DNA of 63,981 nucleotides, the filler included, from Lenisia limosa (lineage: Eukaryota > Protista > Breviatea): NCBI GenBank assembly GCA_001655205.1. It is 9 parts of 9 records of this genome, joined end to end, with 100 filler letters (N's around TTAATTAATTAA, not from the genome) between each part and the next. Parts side by side here need not be neighbours in the genome. Positions count along the whole stretch, not along the records: positions 53,966 to 60,201 come from LPNZ01011126.1; positions 60,302 to 62,870 come from LPNZ01006894.1; positions 62,971 to 63,981 come from LPNZ01006839.1; 6 more parts are not named here. One strand, given 5' to 3'. A program made the translations under genes and the position numbers. The notes beneath the pieces were generated by a model that was given only the letters and a program-made list of their open reading frames with translations, did not search any database and was not told the DNA's origin. This document shows positions 54,493 to 63,981 of the stretch, one piece after another (the first letter of the stretch is position 1; each line of letters opens with the position of its first letter).

Positions 54493-57400
54493 ATTTCTGG
54501 ACTCTACAGATATATGAATATGTATGTATGATGGTCGGAATTATGCCTGGAGTGGCCACAGTAGTCCGCGGTGTATTACTTGAGTACTATATCTGGACTC
54601 CCTTCCCACCGAAGGGGAGACTCATGACAGCCATATACCCACTTTGGTAAACTCAGTGCCGCGATTTCGTGATGTGAAGCTCTCCTCTTCAGCAATCCAA
54701 ACCTGGGGGGGGGGGGGGNNNNNNNNNNNNNNNNNNNNNNNNNNNNNNNNNNNNNNNNNNNNNNNNNNNNNNNNNNNNNNNNNNNNNNNNNNNNNNNNNN
54801 NNNNNNNNNNNNNNNNNNNNNNNNNNNNNNNNNNNNNNNNNNNNNNNNATAAGGTAAGTATTTTGCGCCAAATCAACCAGGCCCAACTTTGTACTTGGAA
54901 TAATAATCACTCCAAAATCAAAAGAAAAAAGACTACAGTGTTGCTAACTTTTGATTCTCCAAAATCCGTAAGAACAACCGAAATCATGGGGTTGGTGGGA
55001 TCCTAGAACGATCAGTGAGAATGCAGCACTTTGACCATAATACAGCTCATTATAAGATTTCCGAAAAGAAGTTCAAGCCGAAAAAGAACGATAGTATATT
55101 GAATACCAATACAAAATTCTTGTGAAGCACTGAGTAGCGTCCAATAAATATTTGAGGAAATACATTCACAAAATTGAAAATTCAAGTGTCAATGTCTCAT
55201 TTCAAATTTTGCAATTAAATTACTTGCACGAACCTGTGGGGTCATGAGGTCGGCCTTCGAAGCGTTGCCCATGGGCTCTAACAGGAAATTATCACACTAA
55301 ACAGTCAGATTTCAGATACGAAATGCTTGTCTAAACATAAAAAAAACTTCACATAAAAACACCGACCTTCATGCCCCCCTCTCACCTTCAAGTCATAGTG
55401 GTTGACACGGTGCTCCACCAGAAACATTGAGGCATCCAACACCCGCGAAAACATCTCAAGGAAGAGGGCAATGCGATATGGGTCTAAACTATAAGCCACA
55501 GAAACACCTAACAATTCCACAATTGTCTCATTATTCCCTGTTACCTACCCAACTGTTTTATAAGTGCCTCTTTTCCTGTTACCTACCTAGGTTCATAGGA
55601 CCGAAGTTCTCACGCCAAGACCTAATTGGCGATAAAACAAATACCGGGGTAAAAACAGCAGAATAAATGGGTGAATAGCATGAGTTATTGCTTTTGAATT
55701 ATGACTATGGTATCCCCCCTCAGTGTGAGCTTTCAAAAAAATGTTTCGGTGTTATTCATCTAATATCGATATACTACATAAATGATCCCGATAAATTGAA
55801 ACAATGGTGACAAGAGCGGGTGCCTTGATCCCAAACACACAACCCACAATATTGAAACATGGGCAAATAGCTTGTTTTGCACCCACCTTAGACTAGTTGG
55901 ATAGAGCTTCATAACCAGCCAGTAGTGGTCGGTGCCCACACCGTAGTCATACAGCCCAGCTATTCGTCGATCGTGTCGATGTCGATCCATGATTAACGCC
56001 TGTGAAGAGGTGAAATCGAGTGCGAAGTCCTTGAGGTCAGCATTAGTAAGCAAAAGTTATCTGAAAGTAACGCTGATTTAGGCCTGATAAGGTTGTTTAA
56101 CTTGCTTGTTGTGCATGTTAAAAAGAATATAAGACAAGCGCATAAAAGCTTCTATCACGTTCAATACAGCCCCAATACTTCCGAGAATAGATCGTGCAGG
56201 ACTGAGCGGTCAGCAGGGCGCTGCGGTACTGGCAGAAGCTTAATAGCTACCTGGGGGGNNNNNNNNNNNNNNNNNNNNNNNNNNNNNNNNNNNNNNNNNN
56301 NNNATAATATTATTAAAAAACAAGCAAAAAAAAAAAACTCAAAATCAACTCTGTTGGCTGACAACACACGAGGGTTGGAAACAACAACACAAACAAAGCT
56401 CGCTTCTGCAGCACCTGAGAGTTAGGATGAGCTTAATGGCCCAATCGGGGTAAGACAGTGCTAGTGTGAAGAGGAAGCTTGTTGAAGTTGTATCAATTAG
56501 AGAAGAGCACCCCCCCCCCACATCCATATCATGAGCCCCAATGTATCCGGTTTGTGCCTGTTGTATGTTGCCAATTTGCAGTGTGGGTGAACTGAAGGGC
56601 AGTTGAGGGGCTATTCGCATTTGAGCCTTGTAAACCTGGAGAAGGGAGTAAAAAGTATGAAACAAAAACTCTGTCATTGAAACGAATGATGATTGAAAAC
56701 AACAAACCCTGTAGTCGCTTTCAAAATGGAAAACTGATAGGAGAAAAATAAATAATAATCTAGAACTGAATTGGGGGAGGGGTCCATCCACTACTTGATT
56801 TAATCTGCATATGAATAATAAAACCTGGGGCATACAGTTCCGTAAGCGCCATTGGCGATCGTGACCAAGTTGGTGTACATGGCGGGTTGGAAGAGACTGA
56901 GAAGTAATAACTGAATTGAATCCCCCAGGGTGCAAGTTTTATATATCATATACATTAAAGTTCAATACTATCACGTAAGCAACATGGTTTTAACTCAAAC
57001 GAAAGAAACCATAATTGTTCCCATGCCCCCCCTCCCCACCGTACGGTCAACAATCTGACCAAGCGACCCATAGCCGAGCCCCCATTGAGACAGGCAGACG
57101 TCACAATGCCTGTGGCGAGCTGATTGAGGGGATGGTTCAGGTGCGAATGCAGCGCAAAGAGGACGTTGGGTTCTCTCTTCAGATGCGGAAACTGCCATTG
57201 GTCAATAAATACTCAATATCATAGTATCTCGCTATTTTATGACTACTACTCAAGCTACTTTCTTTGTACTGACACATACAAGCTTTCAAGCCGATAGAGC
57301 CCAATTCTTTCACTTTGCATAACTAGAAAAACAGAAGAGAAGTGGGAGTTCCTTATCACGTATTCATAATCAAATGCTGATTTCGCACAAACCTGTGATG

Positions 57401-59833
57401 CATAACGCGGGTCCAGACTTGAGGTTCGCGTCATGAGGAGCGCCAAAATCAGACGGAGAACAAGGACCTGGGGGTGTGAGATTAAGGTGTACAACCTTAT
57501 TCTTATTTCTCATTGCTACATATTTGGGAGGGGAGTGTGACATAAACAAATATTCTGGTAAGCATACCCCGCCCACTTGGATACTGATATTCTGGTAGAG
57601 CAGTTTTCTTGATCGCTCCGCTTCGAACCAGATCTGTTCTTCTTCGTGAGTCATTTCACCGTGTGTCTCCTCGTTCCTAAGTGGTCGGTTATCATGAGTA
57701 CCAAAAAAAGACTGAATTTCTAGATAAAACCCCTAAATATCGATATTTTGACAATCTTTTTCGGAGGGAGGCCCGTCATAAGTTTCAAGGCAGGGTGAAT
57801 AATCAGTATCCATGCAGAGTGGTCTTAATATAACCATTATGAAGTACTTCAAATGACGTCATGGGAGATGCGATAGTGCAGCACGTGATGGATTATATTA
57901 TATATGAACTACGAGATGGATAAGTATTTGGCATCATATGAACAAGAGATGGATAAGTAATGGGCATCATATGCAATAAACCACTATCAAGAAATACCCG
58001 CGTTATGTTACAAAAAGGAGATTCATTTGCCCCCCCCCCCCCCCNNNNNNNNNNNNNNNNNNNNNNNNNNNNNNNNNNNNNNNNNNNNNNNNNNNNNNNN
58101 NNNNNNNNNNNNNNNNNNNNNNNNNNNNNNNNNNNNNNNNNNNNNNNNNNNNNNNNNNNNNTCCATGGAGCCATAAAGCTGAGAAAGGGCGCCGCCGGCA
58201 TCTTGAGGCTGCGGGGAGTTGGTGAGGTTATTTAAAGGCAAAGAGGGAACGCGGGATTAAAGCGGAAATTGTAAAAAGACGAGATCGTAAAACCATCCAT
58301 CCAGCTCACAAATAAGCTGGTAGCCGAGCATTGGGCCTGAGCTTCAACTTCGGAGAGAAGTGGCCGTTGTTGGCTTGCTGAATATGGCCGCCTGAACATA
58401 AATAAATACATGGGGGTACATACGTCATCAAGCGAACTAGTACAACTCCTGCATCACTTCAAAAAAATGTGCGGTTGTCAAAAGCAATGAAAGAAAGTGA
58501 ATTTGTTACTGGTCCAAAAAAAAAGACAGGTAAAATATCGGTAGTATTAAAATATATTTCTGGAAGCAGCAAAAGTCATATTAATACATATCATATTAAT
58601 AAAAATACTAATATCATATTAAATACATATCATATTAATAAAGAAACTGTAGAAACAGAAAAAACAGAAAACGGAAGAACAAAAATCAAAGGAATGAAAC
58701 ACATTTTTTAAAAAATTGTTCTTACACAATCAACAAAAACAAATATTGTTAAAATTATATTACAGATTTTTTTTCAGAAAATATTAATACTTACGATGAA
58801 CAAAAATAATACTTATCATATTAATTAATATTAATACTAATATTAATTGCCTGGAGCTCTAATAAATACCGATATTTTACCGGGCATTTTGGAACCGAAG
58901 TGAACCCCTAAGCATTACCCCCCCCCCCACCTGGTTGGCGATTCATTGACACTGCCAAGAACTGGCCTTGATTTCTAAACGCAGTCAGTACCTCACTAGG
59001 CTTAATCAAATACATGGTCATCAAGAATTCCCCCGTACGGTATTGGCAGTTCGCGGTCTGAATGTAAGAGAATCGTCAGGCACAGCACTCCACTCCTCAT
59101 TTACACCCACCAGTGCTGACAGCGGCGGCAAAATCACAGCGCTGGAGGTTAACAAAAAGGATTCCTATCGCACATTAGTGTTCGGGGGGTACAAATTTTG
59201 AATAATTATTACTAACGACACAGACTAAATCCCAAAAAAGAACATTTTTCAATAATTCAGCCAAAAACACGCAATAGTCAAAGCATACCTTGCTGTACTC
59301 ATGGCAGTATCGGGCCTTGTCAACATATCGCCAGAGTCTATTATATGGTCAATGGAAGATAAACAGTTTATTCTAAAGGCTTGTGGCAAGATCAAAAAGA
59401 ACAACAGACACCCAATCATGTGACTTATAACTTAGAATATCATATGATATGTTTTCCCCCCACCTCAAGAGGGCAATAATATCACAGCCACCACCCCACC
59501 TTGTCGAGAGTACTCCTGTCTGTCTGCAGGATGTGAGCTTTCACCGAGAGCGGGTACGAATGCAGGCTTAACCTGAGGAGTCACGAAGGGCAAAGAGTAA
59601 TGACATGCAGGGTTGGCCATGGGAATAGCTAGCGAATCTATGTTGCCTCTGTTTATCACAACTTGTAGAATAATAAGATTCTAAAACAGAGACCAAACAT
59701 GAAATGATGCTAAAACAGGAACTTAACATGCAATGCTGCAAACCTTGTCTTTGAGAAACTCATTTTCGGAGTCGTTATCCATTTCATCGTCATCCCAAAA
59801 GTCGCTGTCATCACTGTCGTAAATGTCGGAGCC
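54493..59833 (-). CDS. Ser/Thr protein kinase with HYDLKCDN catalytic loop and long non-catalytic N-terminus (partial at both ends)
   Basis: TIANGAYGT|VYK, VAIK, LYDYG…YWLVMK, HYDLK|CDNFLL, VVLTDFGESK|VWIAEEESFTSRNRGTEFTK|SPE. Upstream exons at 57030-59833 are assigned tentatively. Confidence 0.85.
56305..56420 (-). repeat. 'Acceptor element' copy in kinase intron
   Basis: Minus strand GGTGCTGCAGAAGCGAG…CCAACCCTCGTGTGTTGTCAGCCAACAGAGTTGATTTTGAG, then N gap and CCCCCCAG acceptor at 56251-56252. Confidence 0.8.
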
Positions 59834-59835
59834 CT

Positions 59836-60090
59836 GGGGGGGGGGGTATAATTGGAAAATTAATGAAACAAAAAGCCCCCAAATCAACTCTGTTGGCTAT
59901 CAACACAGAGGGTTGATAACAACANNNNNNNNNNNNNNNNNNNNNNNNNNNNNNNNNNNNNNNNNNNNNNNNNNNNNNNNNNNNNNNNNNNNNNNNNNNN
60001 NNNNNNNNNNNNNNNNNNNNNNNNNNNNNNNNNNNNNNNNNNNNNNNNNNNNNNNNNNNNNNNTCATCCCATCACTCCAGCGGGGGGGTG
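59836..60090 (-). repeat. 'Acceptor element' copy (both ends visible around an N gap) ending at a kinase-gene acceptor
   Basis: 5' part CACCCCCCCGCTGGAGTGATGGGATGA; 3' part AGCCAACAGAGTTGATTTGGGG…TTTTCCAATTATAC(C)nAG|GGCTCC. Confidence 0.8.
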
Positions 60091-60312
60091 GGTGAAGAAA
60101 TTGTGGGAGTAGGGTTAGGCAAGGAAGGGTGTTAATTGTGGATGGGTGATTTCGGTAGGGGTAAAAGGGTGCGAAAGGTGACGGTTTTAAACACAAACGT
60201 ANNNNNNNNNNNNNNNNNNNNNNNNNNNNNNNNNNNNNNNNNNNNTTAATTAATTAANNNNNNNNNNNNNNNNNNNNNNNNNNNNNNNNNNNNNNNNNNN
60301 NGGGGTATAGGT

Positions 60313-60410
60313 AGGGCTCCCTACGGACCGAAAAAGACTGTCAAAATATCGATATTTAGCGAGAATTTATCGATATTTTGCCAGTCCTTTTGGGACCGTA
60401 GGGAAGCCCT
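60313..60410. mobile_element. MITE-like element, subfamily B (98 bp)
   Basis: TIRs AGGGCTCCCTACGGACCGAAAAAGACTG / CAGTCCTTTTGGGACCGTAGGGAAGCCCT; core related to subfamily A. Confidence 0.8.
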
Positions 60411-60519
60411 TGGTATCAGAATAGAAATTGCCATTTTGCTCTTAGAAATTAAATGAAGAGCTGCGCTAGTTTCACAAAGAGCACTTTTCATACCCTTCAG
60501 AAGAACTGTCATCTAAAAC

Positions 60520-62693
60520 CTCTGAAGCGCTCTCACTACAATCACAATGCGGAGACCTGCAGAAAATCAACGTAGAGGTATGCTCAACAAGTCATGATTA
60601 AGTCCCCCTCCCCCCACCTTGATTTTGTTCATGTGTGTTTCGTAAATAATTTAACGGCTTAATTAGGTGAACCAAAAAGCGACTTCCTTGCAAGAAGAAG
60701 TATCAAAACTGGAAAGAAGCGTCAAAGACTTAACAAGGTATCAAACAGTTAATTGAAATTCGAATGAAAACTTCGGATGAATTTCTATGTTGTAATATGT
60801 AATAGTATATAAGAGTATGGCCATTAAAGGGCTTCAAACTCAATGTAATATAGCTGCATCAAAGGCACATATTTGATCCAGCTACCTCAGCTCATATTCT
60901 TTGTAGCGAGCTTGAAGTGGTACGAAGACTCGGAAATCGACAAGAAGAAGAGCTAAGAGGTAAGGATTGTGTATTTTCTGGGGGTTGGAGACATTTTTAA
61001 ATTGTACCAAAGTGAGCTATTCTGAATAGGATAAAGGTTGCCTACTGAAGCCATCATTTTTTAGTTGCTTCTGGGTATTTAGCTTCCCGGCACGATATCA
61101 CACTTTTTTTTTGAGGGGGGGGGGGGCACGCAGAAAGATGTGTACACAGNNNNNNNNNNNNNNNNNNNNNNNNNNNNNNNNNNNNNNNNNNNNNNNNNNN
61201 NNNNNNNNNNNNNATTAATATTATACTATAATCCAATAATCCAATATCTCTGATAAGTGTGATGATATGGGCGGCCTCGGATACAACCTTATTTTTTATT
61301 TCTCTTTCTATATATAAGTTTGATGATGTGGACGGCCTAGGTGTATAAGTATATAAGAGTAGATGGTGTGGACGGCCAGGATACAACCTTTTTTTGTATT
61401 CTCCATTGCTGTATATATAAGTGTGATGGTGTGGACGGCTTCCACCAGAAACAACCTGATTTTGTATTTTCGTTGCTGTATNNNNNNNNNNNNNNNNNNN
61501 NNNNNNNNNNNNNNNNNNNNNNNNNNNNNNNNNNNNNNNNNNNNNNNNNNNNNNNNNNNNNNNNNNNNNNNNNNNNNNNNNNNNNNNNNNNNNNNNNNNN
61601 NNNNNNNNNNNNNNNNNNNNNNNNNNNNNNNNNNNNNNNNNNNNNNNNNNTTCTCGATAAATATAGATAGTTTACAGGTGGTGCCGAAAGTGAATTTCTG
61701 TAGTGGAGCCAAGGTATTGATACCCGTTCTTCTTTTTATTTCTTATTTTGTCTTGATTGGGAACTAATGATATAGCTTTTGGCCATGTCAGAGTCCCTAG
61801 AAACTTCCTCATCGTTAACTGTACGCAAGGAATGCAAACGGGTTTCAAACTCTTACTCTGTGTTGAACTCATAATTCTGTGGAGTCATGTCAAGGCTGCA
61901 TGAATGAATTAGTGTACAAAAACAACCTTTGATCATTCAATCTTGACCATTAAAACTTACCAACCAAGGACAATTTGACAAAAGAAGAGCATGAAAGCCG
62001 ACTCAAGGCTATTAACTTGAAACTGAGTCTTGCCGAAGGGCGAAATGAGGACCTTGAAGCGGAAGTGGGAAGAAAGGAGGTGATAAGTAGAGCTTCCCTA
62101 CGTTCCAAAAAAGAATGAATTTCTCGATAAATCCTCGATAAATAACGATAAGACAAAGGAATAGCCTGGGGGTGGGGATACAAGTGTAGCTTTTCACCAT
62201 CATCATTTCAGTTGACACTTTTTTACTCTGAAGTGTGTGATTTTACGGTTTTAACTGAAATGATGAGTGTAAAAAAGTGTCAACTAAAATGATGATGGCT
62301 TCCAGTAAACATAGATATACAACTGAAATGATGATGGTGAAAATCTACACTTTTCCCACGATTTCCATCGCATTTCAGTTTAATATCTATGGTTTTTTTT
62401 TTTGAAATCGTAATCACACAGCTCACAACCTTAACTTTCCAGTTGGCCACCCTCCGTAAGAAGTACAAGACCCTACTGGAAGCCTCCGAAGCCTCTCCTG
62501 GTGCTAGCAATAGAAGGTTTGAAAAAGGTTTTGGAAAAAGAGCGTACGTACCAGAGTTTTAGTTAATTGTCCTCCAGCCCACCTTCTGCCTTTCACTCAT
62601 GAAGCAATGACTCTCTAGAAACGCTGACCTTGAGACTGAGATTGAAGAAGTTAGAAACAGCCTGCTTCTTGCAAAGAAGGAAAACTCAAGATG
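60520..62693 (+). CDS. Partial coiled-coil protein
   Basis: Exons VNQKATSLQEEVSKLERSVKDLTR, ELEVVRRLGNRQEEELR, DNLTKEEHESRLKAINLKLSLAEGRNEDLEAE, LATLRKKYKTLLE, NADLETEIEEVRNSLLLAKKENSR; heptad-like pattern. Confidence 0.55.
61256..61481 (+). repeat. Tandem array (~4 units, ~60 bp) of a GATGGTGTGGACGGC…ACAACCTT repeat; monomers at ~48050-48130 (-), ~13427-13470 (-), ~51812-51850 (+)
   Basis: Unit GTGATGGTGTGGACGGC-n-AGATACAACCTT-ATTTTTTATTTCT…TATATA recognisable at four loci. Confidence 0.75.
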
Positions 62694-62719
62694 TGGGCGA
62701 TATTGGGGTTGTCTTGATT

Positions 62720-62812
62720 AGGGCTTCACTTTGGTTCGAAATAATCGGGAAATATCGATAGTTTTTGAGGATTTATCGAGATATTCAATCTTTTTTCGAA
62801 CCGAAGTGAAGC
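62720..62812. mobile_element. MITE-like element, subfamily A (right end slightly eroded)
   Basis: AGGGCTTCACTTTGGTTCGAAATAA…GATTTATCGAGAT…TTTTTCGAACCGAAGTGAAGC. Confidence 0.75.
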
Positions 62813-63981
62813 AATCCTTTCCAGTTATCGAATTTCCGGCTTGTTTCCTCATTTTCTCAAAACCCATTCTNNNNNNNNNNNNNNNNNNNNNNNNNNNNNN
62901 NNNNNNNNNNNNNNTTAATTAATTAANNNNNNNNNNNNNNNNNNNNNNNNNNNNNNNNNNNNNNNNNNNNTATCATGAACGTCATTTTTTATTTTCTTCG
63001 TGTTCCAATGAGTCTTTTTCATCTTGTCTTTTCCCAACGTAATTTTATGAACGGCTCGTCATCGTACCCTTTAATTAATATCATATAGCTATTATATAGT
63101 ATATCAAAAAAGTATTAGAGAAGCCCTTAACATGACCCTCACAAGCATACTGCAGTTATGCCAAACTGGAACTTTGAAGGCTCCAAAAGAGTCAAGTCGC
63201 TGTTGAGCAAAAGAATATCAACAGTTGGACATGGTTCACGCTGATGGTTTGTTCCTTTGTATGACGTGAGCACTACACTCGTTGTTGTAGCGGGGGACCT
63301 CTGCCAGAGCTAAAGTACAATGAAGATCAATCATGTGGATGAAAGATGTGCATATTGATTGGAGAGAGATCAGACAAGTATTAAAGAAGACTACAAGCAA
63401 TTCATAATAACAAATACATAAATACCGCTGGAATTGATAGAAAGTACAATATAGCATAGCAATTGAAATAGGCAGTGTTTATTCCCACATGGGTCACGAC
63501 ATTCTGCGGTTCAACACAAGTGGCATAGAGGAAGGGGGTAGCGGTACACTCCTGGCGTTAAGTAAGAGTGAGGGTATCCGAAGTGTGAATTCACCAAACT
63601 TACATAAGGAAATGTCACAGTTGTTTCATAAGTGGCCCCAGAATATTGGAAAACCTGAAGAATGGATGAAAAAAAAAACATTATTGATATAATTGACATG
63701 AATGTTCAATAATTGAACTCATTTCAGCTACTGTCTTAATAACCAAATTTGTTACGCTAACATACCTGATAGGCTTTGTTGGTTTGTGTATTAGGGACAT
63801 CAAGAGCTACTACCGCGACTAGACTAGTAGTGTACTCTCCCTAAAAGCTAATACTCTGAGGAATAATATAATATGTAGCTTTCGAGACCAAGTCAGTCAT
63901 ACACGAAAAGATATATAATACAAATATTCTACCCGATTTTGATAAGGAAGAAACATGATTCACAATTGGGGAACTTGGAGT

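Noticed and set aside
60080-60170. AGGGTTAGG telomere-like word within a G-rich patch
   Set aside because: Single imperfect unit, not an array; probably the reverse of an intronic pyrimidine tract.
62971-63981. Possible coding or retroelement remnant in the last segment
   Set aside because: Short open frames only, with no recognisable motif or consistent splice pattern.

Overview
Intron-rich, gene-dense eukaryotic DNA, most likely from a protist (the taxon cannot be determined from the sequence). It uses the standard genetic code and GT-AG introns. The window is a pseudo-molecule: eight identical 100-bp spacers (44N-TTAATTAATTAA-44N) join nine segments, and many additional N gaps begin at G-runs or end at C-runs. 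I reconstructed about 16 genes by hand by splicing exons. Confident calls: RPS10 (with a C/D snoRNA in intron 1), gamma-glutamyl hydrolase, a soluble flavocytochrome-c-type fumarate reductase, a SNF2 ATPase, striatin, Nup107, a giant REJ/GPS cell-surface protein and a HYDLKCDN-type kinase. Less certain calls: a BAR-domain protein and several hypothetical proteins. The two most unusual signals are (i) a single gene encoding signal peptide + Ig/filamin-like ectodomain + multi-pass membrane domain + plant-MKP1-type dual-specificity phosphatase with gelsolin-like repeats, and (ii) an intron architecture with G-runs just after donors and TTAC+C-runs just before acceptors, where a dispersed repeat repeatedly supplies the 3' end of introns in unrelated genes (introner-like). 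Two ~98-bp MITE subfamilies and a ~60-bp repeat family are also present. Exon boundaries are manual and unverified by RNA data.
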